In this document: in pieces, positions 1 through 14,740 of the stretch | Layout of the letters: the number at the start of each line of letters is the position of its first letter | How positions within the stretch are numbered: position 1 is the first letter of the stretch | NCBI RefSeq assembly: GCF_009914755.1 | Contig: NC_060946.1 | Length of the DNA: 64,000 nt | Source of the DNA: the human T2T-CHM13v2.0 reference genome, Homo sapiens | Direction: 5' to 3' (one strand) | Notes under the pieces: generated by a model | Told to the model about the DNA's origin: nothing | Seen by the model: only the letters and a program-made list of their open reading frames with translations | Databases searched by the model: none | Position numbers and translations under genes: made by a program

Positions 1-555
1 TATTTCCCATCTCATAACTTATTTTAAGAAGCCAGCATAATAATGTGTGGGCTTGGGATTCACTTTTTGAAACAAAACACTGAGCCTTTGATGACCTTCC
101 TCTACTTGTAAAAGCCCACCTGTCTGCATGGCAGCAGTTGGACCTCACAGTGTGGATTGTGCCTTCACCCTGGAATGTTTATGCCCTATCGCCATGGTGA
201 TGGGATTAGGGATCTCCTGCCCTTGGTCCTAAGTGCCACTATCTGTGCTGAGTTTTTCAAAGGTCAGAGCAGATTGAACCATTGAGGTTTCATTTTCCCT
301 GATTTTGATTTTTCTTATGGGGAACCTGTGTGGCTGCATTCAAGGTATGTTCATACTGGCCTGTCAAATGCGATCTTTTCAAATTACTAGTTAATGCTTT
401 CAAAATATGTTATTTAAAAAATTAGCCTCTGTATTTTCCATATGCAGTTATAAATATGTTTCATGATTATGTTTTATTCCTCAATTTATATATTTGATTA
501 TTGTACCAAGCAGAGTATCTTTCAAAATTTTCTTCATTTAAAAAATATGTATCTT
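1..555. repeat. HSATI-like satellite segment (may be cut by the window edge)
   Basis: Begins ...taatgtgtgggcttgggattca..., recognised as HSATI. It lies directly before a truncated Alu and an AT-rich tract, the known tripartite arrangement in LCR22 and Yq12. Confidence 0.7.
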
Positions 556-709
556 GACTCAGGCCTATAATCCCAGCACTTTGGGAGGCCAAGGCAAGAG
601 GATCACAAGGTGAGGAGATCAAGACCATCCTGGCCAATACAGTGAAACCCTGTCTCTACTACAAATACAAAAAATTAGCCAGGCATGGTGGCAGCTGGTG
701 TAGTCCCAG
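556..709 (+). mobile_element. Truncated Alu (left monomer plus start of right monomer)
   Basis: cctataatcccagcactttgggaggcc...aaattagccaggcatggtggc...tagtcccag, ending abruptly. Confidence 0.9.
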
Positions 710-743
710 TGTGAATTGGGATTCAGTTTATTCCCAAATTCCC

Positions 744-1109
744 AAATTATATATATATATTATATATATATATATAAAATATATATATATATATAAAATA
801 TATATATAATGTATTTAATATATATATAATATATTAAATATATTATATATAATATATTGAATATATGATATATATGATATATATAATATATTATATATAT
901 TATATACAATATATATTATACATTATATAATTATATATTATGTATATTATATATAATATATAATATATAATTATATATTATATAATTATATATTATGTAC
1001 ATTATATATTATTTATATATATTATATATAATATATAATATATATAATAAATAATATATATATTATATATATCATATAATATATAATATATATAATATAT
1101 ATATAATTT
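744..1109. repeat. AT-rich (TA)n-derived tract with internal hairpins (PATRR-related type)
   Basis: About 366 bp almost entirely A/T. Hairpin 801-851 has a 23-bp stem with 1 mismatch. Confidence 0.95.
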
Positions 1110-2026
1110 CCTTTTACATCCTGCATCCTTCAACGTTCCATCCCCCACCCCACAGATTAAGTTATTCCCCAGGGGAGAATATGGCAGAGTCTATTTTAAT
1201 GCAGTTTTTAACCCAATTAAGAACCTACGAAATCATTACTTTCCAAAACTTTGGAACAAAGCCGCAGTAGTATGGATCCGTTGGAGGCTTTTCACACAAT
1301 AAAATGTACCTCTCTTTGTTTTTAACATGTTTCTCCCTTCCTCTCTTCTTTTTTTGTGAAATGTGTATTTACTTTATTTGTAGTAAGTCACTTCCATGCA
1401 CATATTAATTTTTTAAAGTAATAAGTATGTGTATTGTCTACGTGTGAAATAAAACACACATTTATTTTTATGCTTTGGAAGTTATCCAGAATCATGGAAT
1501 TCTCAATCACAGTCAATCACCCAACCTACTCACCTTTCCAGTGTAATCTTAGTCAAATTTTTTTTTGTTATCCAATGAGATGCAGTATTTCAACTCAGAA
1601 AGATAAATAGAGTGAATTTATAGAGACTATTAACTAAGAACATACAGTTTTATTTATACTCAGAAGCAAGTAGATTATGTACATATATATGAAGATAAAA
1701 ATTAAAAGGATAATTGTGTAAATTTGCATGTAGAGGGCTTTGAAAACCTGTTTACTTGTTAATGCCGTTTTGATGTATTGTGTCTTTGTTCTCCCGACCC
1801 ATCATCCAGAGCTCTCTGCAGGAGCTAAGTGCTCATCAGTTCCATGACTTGGAAACTGTCTAAGTTTAGAGGCACTTGTATTTGTTAGTAAATAAGGCAA
1901 GATGATATTGTTTCACAGGTTTTAGTGCCGAAGACTGAATAGATAAGCTGCTCCACCCAGTACACTGGTGTTCATTTCATGGTCATCTCATCTGTTAACC
2001 ATGGATATAAAACATTTATCTTCAAT

Positions 2027-2139
2027 GATGGGGTTTTACCATGTTGGTCAGGCTGGTCTCGAACTCCTGACCTCAAATGATCCACCCACCTCCACCTTCC
2101 AAACTGCTGGGATTACAGGTGTGAGCCACTATGCCTGAC
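2027..2139 (-). mobile_element. Alu left-monomer fragment
   Basis: ccatgttggtcaggctggtctcgaactcctgacctc...gggattacaggtgtgagccac. Confidence 0.9.
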
Positions 2140-2647
2140 TGATTATTTTCATAACCAAGAAAAGAAATAAATACAATTAATGCTGGTGCATGGTATTAAA
2201 TCTAGTTTTTAAAAAATTCACACATAAACAAGGCAGAACCCTATACCCTCCATGATAAATGCAGTAGCAGTGTATGTGGGTCTGTGGAGGTTGAAAGGGA
2301 CTTGGTAGATGTCAAGAAGGTAGTGGCAGTCCTGCTGGGCTTTTAAAGGGTCTGAAGAAGTGACAGGATGCTGTGGTTGAATCCTAGCATGTATTTTAGC
2401 ATTTGTTCATTTGGAGTTGATTATTTCACGTTGCTTTCATTTGCCATTACCTGGAAAGCCAAGGGCTCTACTCTCATTTCCTTGCTGCTCTTTCTTTGCC
2501 TTCCTTGGTCCGTGAAGAAGATGGTCCAGGAGAAGCTCATTCCATGCTTGTTAACCAGGCACGCCCCTAAGTTCCAGTCCCTGAGTCATTCATGAGTAGC
2601 ACTGCCAATGAACTGACAGCCATGCTGTGTCCCTCCACATCCCCTAG

Positions 2648-2706
2648 GTGACTTGAAGAAGCCTTCCAAAAAGCGTGTGAAAAGGAAGCCCTACTCTACT
2701 ACCAAG
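2648..2706 (+). other. FAM230: FAM230 exon (DLKKPSKKRVKRKPYSTTK)
   Basis: cccctag|GTGAC...ACCAAG|gtaaag; 59 nt. Confidence 0.75.
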
Positions 2707-3174
2707 GTAAAGTAGCCTGTCTTTGCCTAAGATGTAAATGTTGTTTTCTTGGATCCTTTATTTTTCAGTTGATATCAGCTATGGGAAAATTCTCCACTAC
2801 ATTATAGGTGTTAGATAATATTTCCTTGGGGATGGAGGAGGTGTATTTTACCAACTGACACCTGATTCCAGAGGACGTGCAAAATTGGCAGTGTCAGATA
2901 GTACACTGGGTGTTAAGGGATGTTTTCTTCAGGAACAAGCTTTCCACTTTAGATAAGAATTCTGCAATTGCTACTCAAAAATTACCTAGACAGAAACATT
3001 CTTCAAGAAAAGCTCCTGTGCTTTCCTAAGGGAACTCTACTCTAGAGTTGGGGCTTTTGACTTGAACCTTATTTCCAGTCTTGGTTACCCAGAGTTTCCA
3101 AGTGAACAAAAGACCTGTGTGAGCCATCCATAGCATAGCCTGATTCTCAGAGTGTTTTCCTTCTCTAATTACAG

Positions 3175-3199
3175 GTGACTTCAGGGAGCACATTCAATG
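3175..3199 (+). other. FAM230: FAM230 micro-exon (VTSGSTFN)
   Basis: ttacag|GTGACT...CAATG|gtacgt; 25 nt. Confidence 0.7.
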
Positions 3200-6144
3200 G
3201 TACGTATTCTGGAATCACTCACTGGTTGTTAGAAAAGGATTCTACAGGAAATCTGGAGCTTAACTGCTGGCTTTTGTCTGGAGAGCCTCCATGATCCAAG
3301 ACATCTGGTGGGAATGAGGATGTAGGGTATAGTAAAAGAAACTGGTTTTCCTGGTGACATACTCTTTTTATCTATGTATAGTTTCTGGGAACATGTTCAC
3401 ATTAGGTTGTGTGTGGGTATGTGTGTATTAGGGCGGGGGTGGGGTGAGGTGGTCTGTGTGCAAGTCTGCATGATTTGCTTGTGAATGTGTGTCTATCTGT
3501 GTTTCCCCCAGGAAAAAAATGTTGTGTTTACCCAGCACAACTCTCAGTGCCATTTTTCTTAATTTAACAAATCAGACCACATACTTTACTTACATTAGTT
3601 CACACCTCATCATCATCATGCCCATATGTTGTGAGCTTGTTTATTGAGCCCACATGCCAGGTGGAGAAACTAAGCCACATAAATAAATGTGCCCTGGTTC
3701 ACTTGCTGCATAGTGAAGAGTCAAAATGTTTACTCATACGGTGCTAATGTTGAAGGCCTGAACTACAACCTCTATTTATCAGCCAGTGAAGAGATCACTA
3801 TTCACCATGCAAGGGAGTTCCAGCACCCTCTATGCCTGGAATTACCCACACCTGCAGAGATCCCAAACGCCATCCCTCACATAAGAGAACGTCATGATCT
3901 CATAATCCAGGTAGCTATGTAGACATCTTCCTGCAGGTGTCACATAGTCCTTAGTGTGAAACCAACATAGAAAGCCCATGTTTCTGATCAAATCACAGGT
4001 TCTGAAACACTAAGGGAGGCACTAAGTAGGACAACGTGGTGCCTGCGTGTCATAGCTGGGTCTCCTCAAGACATGGATCAAGTCCAGTAAGAATTGGGGA
4101 GATGCTTTAGAGTCTTGATGGAGTTATCACCACAAGCCCTCTGAGCTACACACTTTAGGGATCATGACCATTAAGTACTCAAATTACCATTTGGTTGTTA
4201 TCCGGGTATCCGTCGTCCTTGTGGCAACCCTCTTGTGAAGCTGGTGTGGACAGCCTCAGTGCTGGAGCTGTGCCTGCCTTCTGAGTGGACCCTTTCTGTG
4301 TTAGCAGGTGGGTACAAGCGTGGGGGTCAGCACACTCAGTGGATTTACACACACAGCGTTGAAGAGTAATGCTGGGCTTCATTATTTATACATTTTCAAT
4401 AAATGATGATCTTCATAACATAAAATCAATGATGTAGTACACTAGAATACTGTCCCTAGTATTGAATCTTGTCTCTCAGCAAAGGGTTGCTTAAAGTCAC
4501 GTGACAGATTCCATTCAACTGATGACACATGCTGTAGCAGCAGTTAAAGCAGTCATTTGAAAAGGCTTTTACTATAAACTTATATGTGAGCCTGAAGTGG
4601 GGGATAAAAGAGGCGATTAGCTCCCCTGTGCCATGTTTCTATTATGTGCGTGGTGGAGGAAAATTACACAGGAAGGTGATGGAGAGAACAGAGCAAAGGA
4701 TTGGACAGGTCCATTGAACCCATAAGACTATGGTGAGGTTAGTGAATGAGACTGGTCATTTTAGGTCAAATTTTACCCAGAGCTGGTGCAGCCACTGCCC
4801 ATTCTTAGCCAGACCTTATTGCAGGCAGCTCTGATCAATAGTCAAGGAGGCAGTGGGGCTTGCAGACTTAATTCATTAAATCACCAAAGCACCAGCCCAC
4901 ACGGCCACTTTTCCAGTTAATTCACAGTAGCTTGCATATTCAGGTTTAATCAGTGGAAGGGAAGTTACTCTTTGCAGACCCATCTTTTGACAATCATTGT
5001 GCGGTGTCGGAAGGTCTGAGCAGCCTCGGGAGGCAAGCAGTCCCTGGTCCCTCAGTGTAGTCACTGGAGGAGACAGTCACTGAGAGGCAGCTGGCAGGGT
5101 GAAGGGAAAGGGGAGGCAGGCCACAGAGATGACAGCCTTTAAGCTGTCATACTGGGAGGTCAAGGATCTGAAAGAGGAAGGAGAATTCTTTATCATTAAG
5201 GACCTGTCCTTATCTCAGGCATTTCCTCCAGAGCACCACCTTTGTCCACCCACACACCTTGGGCTAGGAGGACTGGAGAAAGACAGTGAGGGGTCTCTTG
5301 GGTCTCTGGCACAGGGCGTGATGAAGAGGTGGCAGTTTTTCAGGAATCTCTCTCTCTAGGGAACCAAATACATTTCCCATCTCAGGTCCTTCACTCAGCG
5401 GGGTTGAGGTTCTGCTCGTCACTTATCATCTCTGAATGTCAGCACCCTCAAGTGTAAAATCTCAGCCACAGCCCCTCCTCTGCACCCCTGCAGGGCTGAT
5501 GTTCTCCATAAACCATAAGGCGTCATGCCCACGGAAAAGCCGAACAGGAAAGCATGCTCCACTGCCCCGGAGCCATCCAAGTTCCCCCTCCATATTCCGC
5601 CACTGCTAAGTGTCCAGCTTATTCCTCCTGGCCTGTAGTAAACACTTAGAGAACATTACTGAAGTACCAGTCCTCTCTAAGGTTTTCCTGTATTTAGTGA
5701 TTTTTTAGCCCTGTACTGTGATACTAAGAAGTAGGGCCTAAATAGGGCCTAAAAAGTATTGCTAAAATTACATTATGACAGTGCAGAGAACTGAGGGCAG
5801 AGGGAGGACATGAGCTTGCCAGGTCCACATGGCTTAGTGGAATTTGAATCCGGGCCCCCACTCTGCACCAGCCCTGCACTCACAGTCATCCGGCTGTGTT
5901 CCCCTCTCCAGGAAGGCACTGCCCACGCAGTCTGTCTGATAGAGGTGTTGAGTGCTCACTGAACTCCGTGATCTTCCTGAAACCCAACTTTGATTCAGTG
6001 GGCTCTGCTTGGAAGCCTGTAAAGAAAAGGATCATAAGTTTAAACTTAGAACAGATTATCACTATTTTCCCTCTGGTCTTCTGTCAGCAAGATGTCAACA
6101 GCCCTATCTATTGTAAATGCATTAACCAGCGTCTTCTCTGATAG

Positions 6145-6231
6145 AGAATACAAGAAGATATGCTGTGCACACCAACCAGTGTAGGAGACCTCATGGCTCC
6201 CGGGTAAAGAAGAAGAGGTACCCACAAGAAG
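6145..6231 (+). other. FAM230: FAM230 exon (ENTRRYAVHTNQCRRPHGSRVKKKRYPQE)
   Basis: ctgatag|AGAAT...GAAG|gtactg; 87 nt, phase 1-1. Confidence 0.7.
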
Positions 6232-6529
6232 GTACTGTGGAAGTTCATTAATTAAGTTGATTCAAGAATTGCAGTTGCGGGGAGTATTCAGTGTCCCATA
6301 TGTAAGAGGAAACTATGAAGAGACTAAGCCATATTTTTTAATGTGTCAGGATTCTAATTTGCCTGGTCAGTAAATATTGCTACCACCACAAAAGTAAATA
6401 TCTACTTAAAAGTCAATTTTGGTTCATGTTTAATGATAGACAATGTTTCAAGCTAATGTCTAGAACTTACCTGGTTGTTAAACATAAGCATAGATCTCCC
6501 TGAAAGAGTGGTGCTATATTATTATTTTT

Positions 6530-8150
<1,621 letters not shown>

Positions 8151-9499
8151 TTGTTGTCAGGTATGTGTTGCAAAAGCAGTCGTCTACCTCATCTTGCCAC
8201 CACCCAAGACGGCCCAGGATGTGGGCTCTCCCTGAGTGAATCTTTGGCAATCTGCCAACCTGATGTGTTCGGCCTCCTTCTTTAGTCTGAGCTTGCCTTC
8301 TGCTTAGAAAGGGCCATTCTGAGTTCTGGCAGGGAGTTTTCCCAACATTGAGAAGGTGGCATTCTTACTCCCCACTGCAGCCTGCACCTCTGACCGGTGG
8401 TCAGCAGACAGGACAGAGGTCCTCATTAGACAGAGTTCAGCAGGGTCTCTGACCAAAGTGCATCTTCAGAGTCTGCACCTACCCACTGTGACCACGGGCA
8501 GGCTCTGAGTCCTAACGCAGGAGGAACTGTGCGACCATCCTGATTGGAAATTTGTGAGGATCACCGTGTTACTCAAGTAAGGTCTTTGGAAAGTGTCGTA
8601 TTACTACTGTTTGTGAACTGCTTGTTGGTGGCCTGGCTGAGCCACACACTTTATGAAAACCAGGACCCCTCAGCTGGTGTGGGTGTCTATGCAGCCTGAG
8701 ACCCTCATGTGAACAGCCTCGTGGCAGCTGTCTTTGCCCCTTGCCACCATCAGTGCCTCCTTGTTCCTGGGCACTGCTTTCTCTGATGGTGCTCCATTGT
8801 TTTCCTGCACCTCAGTGTCTACAGCTGGATGTCTCTTCCACAATCTAGGCGAGGGGGCATCAACGGCAGTTCTGCTGTGGCACTGCCCTCCTTCTTAGCT
8901 TGTCTTGCTCTGTCTTAGGCTCCCTCAAAGATCCCACCCTTCAGGTTCTTCCACAAGTTTCTTATTGAAATCCGAGCAGAAAACTATGACCAATATGACC
9001 AATCCTATACCCACTGAAGACATGAATGAAGAATTAAAACAATTCTCCATGGACTCTACCATATAGATCCCTAGAAGTAATTTCTAAAAAAAAAAAAAAA
9101 TCAAGGAAGATGTAATAGTTTTCCATAAATTAGAATACCCTACATGTACAATTAAATGAAATGGCTAGTATAGTCTTGAAACCAAAACCAGTTAAGGTAA
9201 ATTAAATTCTGTGATATTTTAAAATACTGTAAATTCTGACTAATGTGAGTTAATCTCAAAATATGAAATAGTAGATTAACATTGAAAATGCAATAAATAA
9301 AATTAGCTACCTCAAGAGTTTAATGGAAAAAATGTGATTATTGCAATAGATTCAGGAAATTCATGAATAACATTCACCCTATATTTGTAGGACAACTATC
9401 TAACTTTAAGTGACCTGTGACAACCATTTGAATTAATTCTGCTTTCACAGCATATCTCTTGGCTTGTTAAAAACCCGACAAGAATTTTCGTAACATTAA

Positions 9500-9960
9500 T
9501 TTATTTTTAACACCTATATTGGGTGTGAACCCACCATAAAGTTTGCCCACTGAAAAGGTCTACAATTTGATGCTTTATTAAATTGATACTGTGTGCACCC
9601 ATCACCACGATCTAATTTAAATATGTTTCCCTCACCCAAGTTCTCTCTTGCGCACTGGCAGTTAATCCCCACTCCCATCTCCAGCCCTAAGCAATACTGC
9701 TGTGACATTCCATCTCCATAAATTTCCCATTTGCTTAATAGAAATGGACATATATATATATTTGGAATCTGACTTCCTTCATTTAGCATACTATGTTTGA
9801 AGTTAATTGACGTGTTAGCACGTGCTGGTCATGTGTTTTCCTTCATAGTCTGCTGTGTTTACTCATACAGATAGTGTTTATTCATTTATCAGTTAATGGA
9901 CATTTAATTGTTTTGTTATTTTCTTTGATGAGTAATGTAGCTTTGAGCATTCATATACAG
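9500..9960 (-). mobile_element. Old L1M 3' fragment
   Basis: Degenerate antisense L1M 3'UTR motifs (tgacttccttcatttagcata...). Boundaries approximate. Confidence 0.55.
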
Positions 9961-9968
9961 TCATGTAA

Positions 9969-10335
<367 letters not shown>

Positions 10336-11142
10336 TGATGCATAGCACTAATTTCACTGTACAATGTATGGTAGGCCCCAATATGTAAGAAATGATGAAA
10401 ATAACACATAAAGATTGGTATAAAACAAATAAGATTATCATTGTTGCTATCATCTTTGTCAAATTCTGAAAACAATCTGAGTATATTTTTATATAAATAT
10501 GCTTGGCAACATAGCTGAAAAACGCATTATCAGTTACATTTATCAGTAACAAAGACATAAATTTGAAGGGGGAAAAACACTTGTACTAACAACGCAATGT
10601 CAGAATTAACATAAAAATTCTGCTGGTCACTTTGGAATATTTAATTGCCTGGGGCAGTGTTTAGTAGACAAATGAGCATCTATGGAGCACTCAAAGTAGG
10701 GGAATCAACAGAACTTGGGTTTGAAAAGTTATCTGGGTTTAGAGCGTGAAACTTTGTTAGAGGACACGCACCTTGCATGAGCGAGGTGCCCTGGTGTGTG
10801 TGGACGTACCATTATGCTTGGAGGTACAGCATAATGGTGGCTTCCTCCAGAAAGGGACATTTGGGGTGGATTCATTCCATCTAGACAACACAGCCTGATG
10901 TGGCATGGACATGAATGGAGGTGAAATGGTCAGTAGTTGAGAGGATCAGTCCTGACAAGGGCCGAGGTGAAAAACCTGGGAACCCCTTCAGGTACAAAGT
11001 CTTCAGTTGAAAAAGGAGGTGGTCACAGGAAATACTGAGACAGGACAGCAAAGCATGGGAGACAGAGTTCTTGGCCCTGCAGGGTGAGTAGTGTGGATTC
11101 TCAAGTTTTCTCCTCTCTCCATTAATTTCTTTCCCAATGCAG

Positions 11143-11208
11143 ATGACTTCCATCATACAGTCTTCAGCAACCTTGAAAGATTGGACAAGCTTCAGCCCAC
11201 TCTTGAAG
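11143..11208 (+). other. FAM230: FAM230 exon (DDFHHTVFSNLERLDKLQPTLE)
   Basis: aatgcag|ATGAC...GAAG|gtaaag; 66 nt, phase 1-1. Confidence 0.75.
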
Positions 11209-11294
11209 GTAAAGGAAGGCAGCTAACAAGACTGGCATCTGGGCTTGGCTGTGCGTGTTTTCTATCATGGGGAAATATATATAACACAATATTT

Positions 11295-12230
11295 ATCATT
11301 TGAACCTTTTAACCAAAGTGTGCACTCCATGGCATTCAATATATTCACAGGGTTGCATAACCAACACCACTATCTACACCCACAATTTTGATGATTTCTT
11401 ACGAAACCTTGTCCACAATAAGCAGTATAGCACCTTCCCCCTATTTCCAGCCCATGGTGATTCCTATCCGACTTTCTCTTGTATGAATTTGACTATTCTA
11501 GGCACTTCATGTAATTACAATTATACAATATATTCCTTTTGTGTCTGGCTTATTTCACTAAGCATAATGTTCTCAATGTCCACCCATGTTGTATCATCTA
11601 TCAAAATGATGTTCGTTTTTTACAGATGGATGATGTAGCATTGCATGCAGACCACCTTGCTTTTATTACATTCATTTGTTCACTGATGGTTGGATTATTT
11701 CCACCTTTTGGCTCCTGTGAAAAGTGATGCTACAAACATTAGTATACAAACATCTGTTTGATTTCTGTTCTCTATTCTTTGGGGTGCCTAAGAGTAGAGT
11801 TCCTGGGTCCAACAGGGGTTCTATATTTAACCTTCTGAGCCACTGCAGACTGTTTTTCACAGTGGCTGCAACTTTATCCATTTCTACCATCAAAGTATCA
11901 GGGTAACAATTTCTTTACGTCCTTCTTCACACTTATTTTCCTTTAAATCATCCTAGTAGGTGTATATTGGTGGCTGCTTGTGTTTTTCATTTGCATTTCC
12001 CTAATGACTAATGCTCCTGAGCAGCTTTTCCTGTGCTACTATCTGTGGCTGTATCTTCTTTAGGGAAATATATGTTGAAGTCTTTTGCCCATTTTTAAAG
12101 AGTTGTCTGATTTTTATTTAGTTAGTTTGTTGTTGTAGATTTTTGAATATATCTTAAATATATTTAAAATATATTCTAAATTTTAGTCTCTTACAAGAGA
12201 AATGATTTGCAAATATTTCCACCTTTGTGT
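11295..12230 (-). mobile_element. Old L1M (L1MB-like) 3' fragment
   Basis: tgtctggcttatttcactaagcataatg...; catttgcatttccctaatgactaatg. Boundaries approximate. Confidence 0.75.
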
Positions 12231-13207
12231 AGAACTTTAGATTCACAAACTTCGTTAATTTGTATGAAATCCTCAGCAGTTGACCCCAAACAGATAAGAC
12301 TGAAGCAGTATTTTAGGAATAGTTGAAAGTATGATCACCACAAAACATAAGCGTAATCAAATCCTGCAAGCTACATGTAAGGCACAATGACAAATAAGGC
12401 AGCAAAGGGCCATCTGGTGATTAGTTCACCACACTTGTTGCAACTGTTTGCGCTGCAGAGTTAAAACATACCAGCATTCAACCCGTGTCTCCTCTCTTGA
12501 AGTAAACTGTCGTATGTTGGCTGGCCTGAACAAGCGTAGATATTCTCCATCCTCAATTAATATGCATGCATGACAAAGAAAAGGAGGCCTGGATGAAAAA
12601 ATATTGTGTGATTAATAATTATGCTTTAATTAATTTTAAAGGATATAATTTCAGTACTTCTAATTCCCCCATCAGCAGTTATAACAAAGGATTAGTGAAT
12701 AAATACCATAGACTGTTTTGCCTAGAATTGAATCCAATCTATCTATTAAACTTTGCTTTTATTCAAGTGCAAAATGCTAAAACACATAACTGCAGTGACA
12801 GCCACTGTGGATCCTCAGAGGTAAAAGTAGTCTTGGGACATAAATCCTGCAAGCTAATATTGTTTTTACAGGTTTAGAAAACCATTTAGCTGGGTTTCAA
12901 ACCTCACAGTGTGAGCAGTGGGACTCTCATCAAACTATAGCATGTGCTTCAGTACCATTTGTAGACTGACTCATTCCCATTTTCTTAAGTTGCCATCAGC
13001 AAAATGCCAGGGACTCTATTTCTCGCTCCTTAGCTCCTCGTTCTTGCCTGTCTTTCCACGAGGGAAGATTTTCTAGCAGGAGCTCAAGCTGTGCTTTTAA
13101 TGAAACACATCCACACACAGTGTCCTGTTGTCCACATTAAGCAGAGCTCCCTGAATAACTCATGAACAAAAGCATCTATGACTAACTGTTGCTCTGTGTC
13201 CTCCTAG

Positions 13208-13269
13208 CCTCTGAGGAGTCTCTAGTTCACAAGGACAGAGGAGATGGAGAGAGGCCAGTCAACGTGAGG
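13208..13269 (+). other. FAM230: FAM230 exon (ASEESLVHKDRGDGERPVNVR)
   Basis: ctcctag|CCTCT...GTGAGG|gtaagg; 62 nt. Confidence 0.75.
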
Positions 13270-13734
13270 GTAAGGTTGCCTTGCTTTCTCTGAAATAGAA
13301 ATGTTCCTTTCTTGTTGTCTTTCTTTTTCAACTGACTTTACATGTGAAAAGATGACAATGTCCATGACAGGTATTAAATGCAGTTTTCTGAGGGGGAGGA
13401 AGAAGTGACTCTTAGCAACTGATATGTAATCCAAAATGGCATTTAGCTATGCCGGCTTCAGGTTGTAGACTGTATCCTTGGGGTCCTTGTCCCTGGAAGC
13501 AATGTCTTCTCCTTGGATTCAGTATTTTGCACTTGCCAACCTACGTGGACCTGAGAGATCCACCATCCAGAAGCTGATGTCTTTTCCAGTGTGTATCCCA
13601 CCCTTGTTTTGGAGGCCTTGAAGTTGACTACACTTTCTGATCAAGTTTTCAGTATTCATTGAGAGAAACAGAGCCTTGTGCAAACAATCCACAACATGAC
13701 ATACCCCTCAAAAAGCTTTGTTTCTGTATTGCAG

Positions 13735-13819
13735 GTGGTGCAGGTGGCCCCTCTGAGGCTTGAATCTAGTAAGTATACTGGAATCACTTGCCAAGAAAAC
13801 AATCTGGATGCCAAGAAAG
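13735..13819 (+). other. FAM230: FAM230 exon (VVQVAPLRLESSKYTGITCQENNLDAKK); alternative donor after 13768
   Basis: ttgcag|GTGGTG...AAAG|gtgtgg; internal TCTA|gtaagt. Confidence 0.65.
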
Positions 13820-14554
13820 GTGTGGCATCCTTGCCTGGTTTCAATGTGAAGAGCCTCCCTGATCCTGGGATTGTGATAGGAATAAGTATAGGGGAAGTGT
13901 TTTTTTAAAACCTGAATTCCCCAGGGAAAAATTATGGCCAAATTTTGAGGAAGCAGCTGTGCTCCCTTTTGGGTGGTGCTGAGTTGGGTGCTTGAGGATT
14001 GGTGATGTCTTGTGTGAGGCTGCATCGTGTGGTGTGAATGTGTGTGTTTCTGTACAGGTGAGGCTGTGTGTTTTCTCAGGAGAGATTTCCCACTTATACA
14101 ACCCAATCACCAGTGTCCACTTCTAACAATAAAATCCACCCCCGCTCTACTCTCTCTGTACAGTGACTCCTCCACCCTCACCAGAGCCATCCCCGGGTCT
14201 GCCTTATTATCCCCACTGCTCAGGTGGAGAACCTGAAGGGCCAAGGGAGTGGCCCCAGCTCCCGAGTTCCTGAATGAAAAAGTGAAAACACGAACCCAGG
14301 AGTGTGGGCCAGTGCTGACGCTGACATGCACTTAGTCATGGGGTGTTCACCACCACACAGGGAGTCCAGCATTCATGTATAAACCCTAAGGCACCGAGCC
14401 CAAAAGGCCCCAGACACTGCCCATCATCATAAAGTGGCCTCCGTGGTCACACAACCCAGGGCAGTTATAGGTTCATCTCCCCACGGACAGGCATAGTCAT
14501 CAGTGTGTCAAAAGCACAAAGATCCCCAGGTGTTTGGCTCAGCTCACAGATCCC

Positions 14555-14740
14555 TTTTTTTATTTAACTTTTCAGTTCAGGGGTACATGTGCAGGATGTG
14601 CAGGTTTGCTACATATATAAATGTGTGTTATGAGAGTTTTTTGTACAGATTATTGCATCACCCATATATTGAGCCTAATATCAGTTATTTTTCCTGATCC
14701 ACCCCCTCCTCCCACCTCCCACCCTCCAGTAGGCCCCACG
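14555..14740 (-). mobile_element. Older L1PA 3'-end fragment
   Basis: ggggtacatgtgcaggatgtgcaggtttg... is the antisense L1PA 3' terminus. Confidence 0.8.

Noticed and set aside
744-1109. The canonical translocation-breakpoint palindrome (PATRR22)
   Set aside because: Only short local hairpins are present; I see no long pair of matching arms around a single centre.
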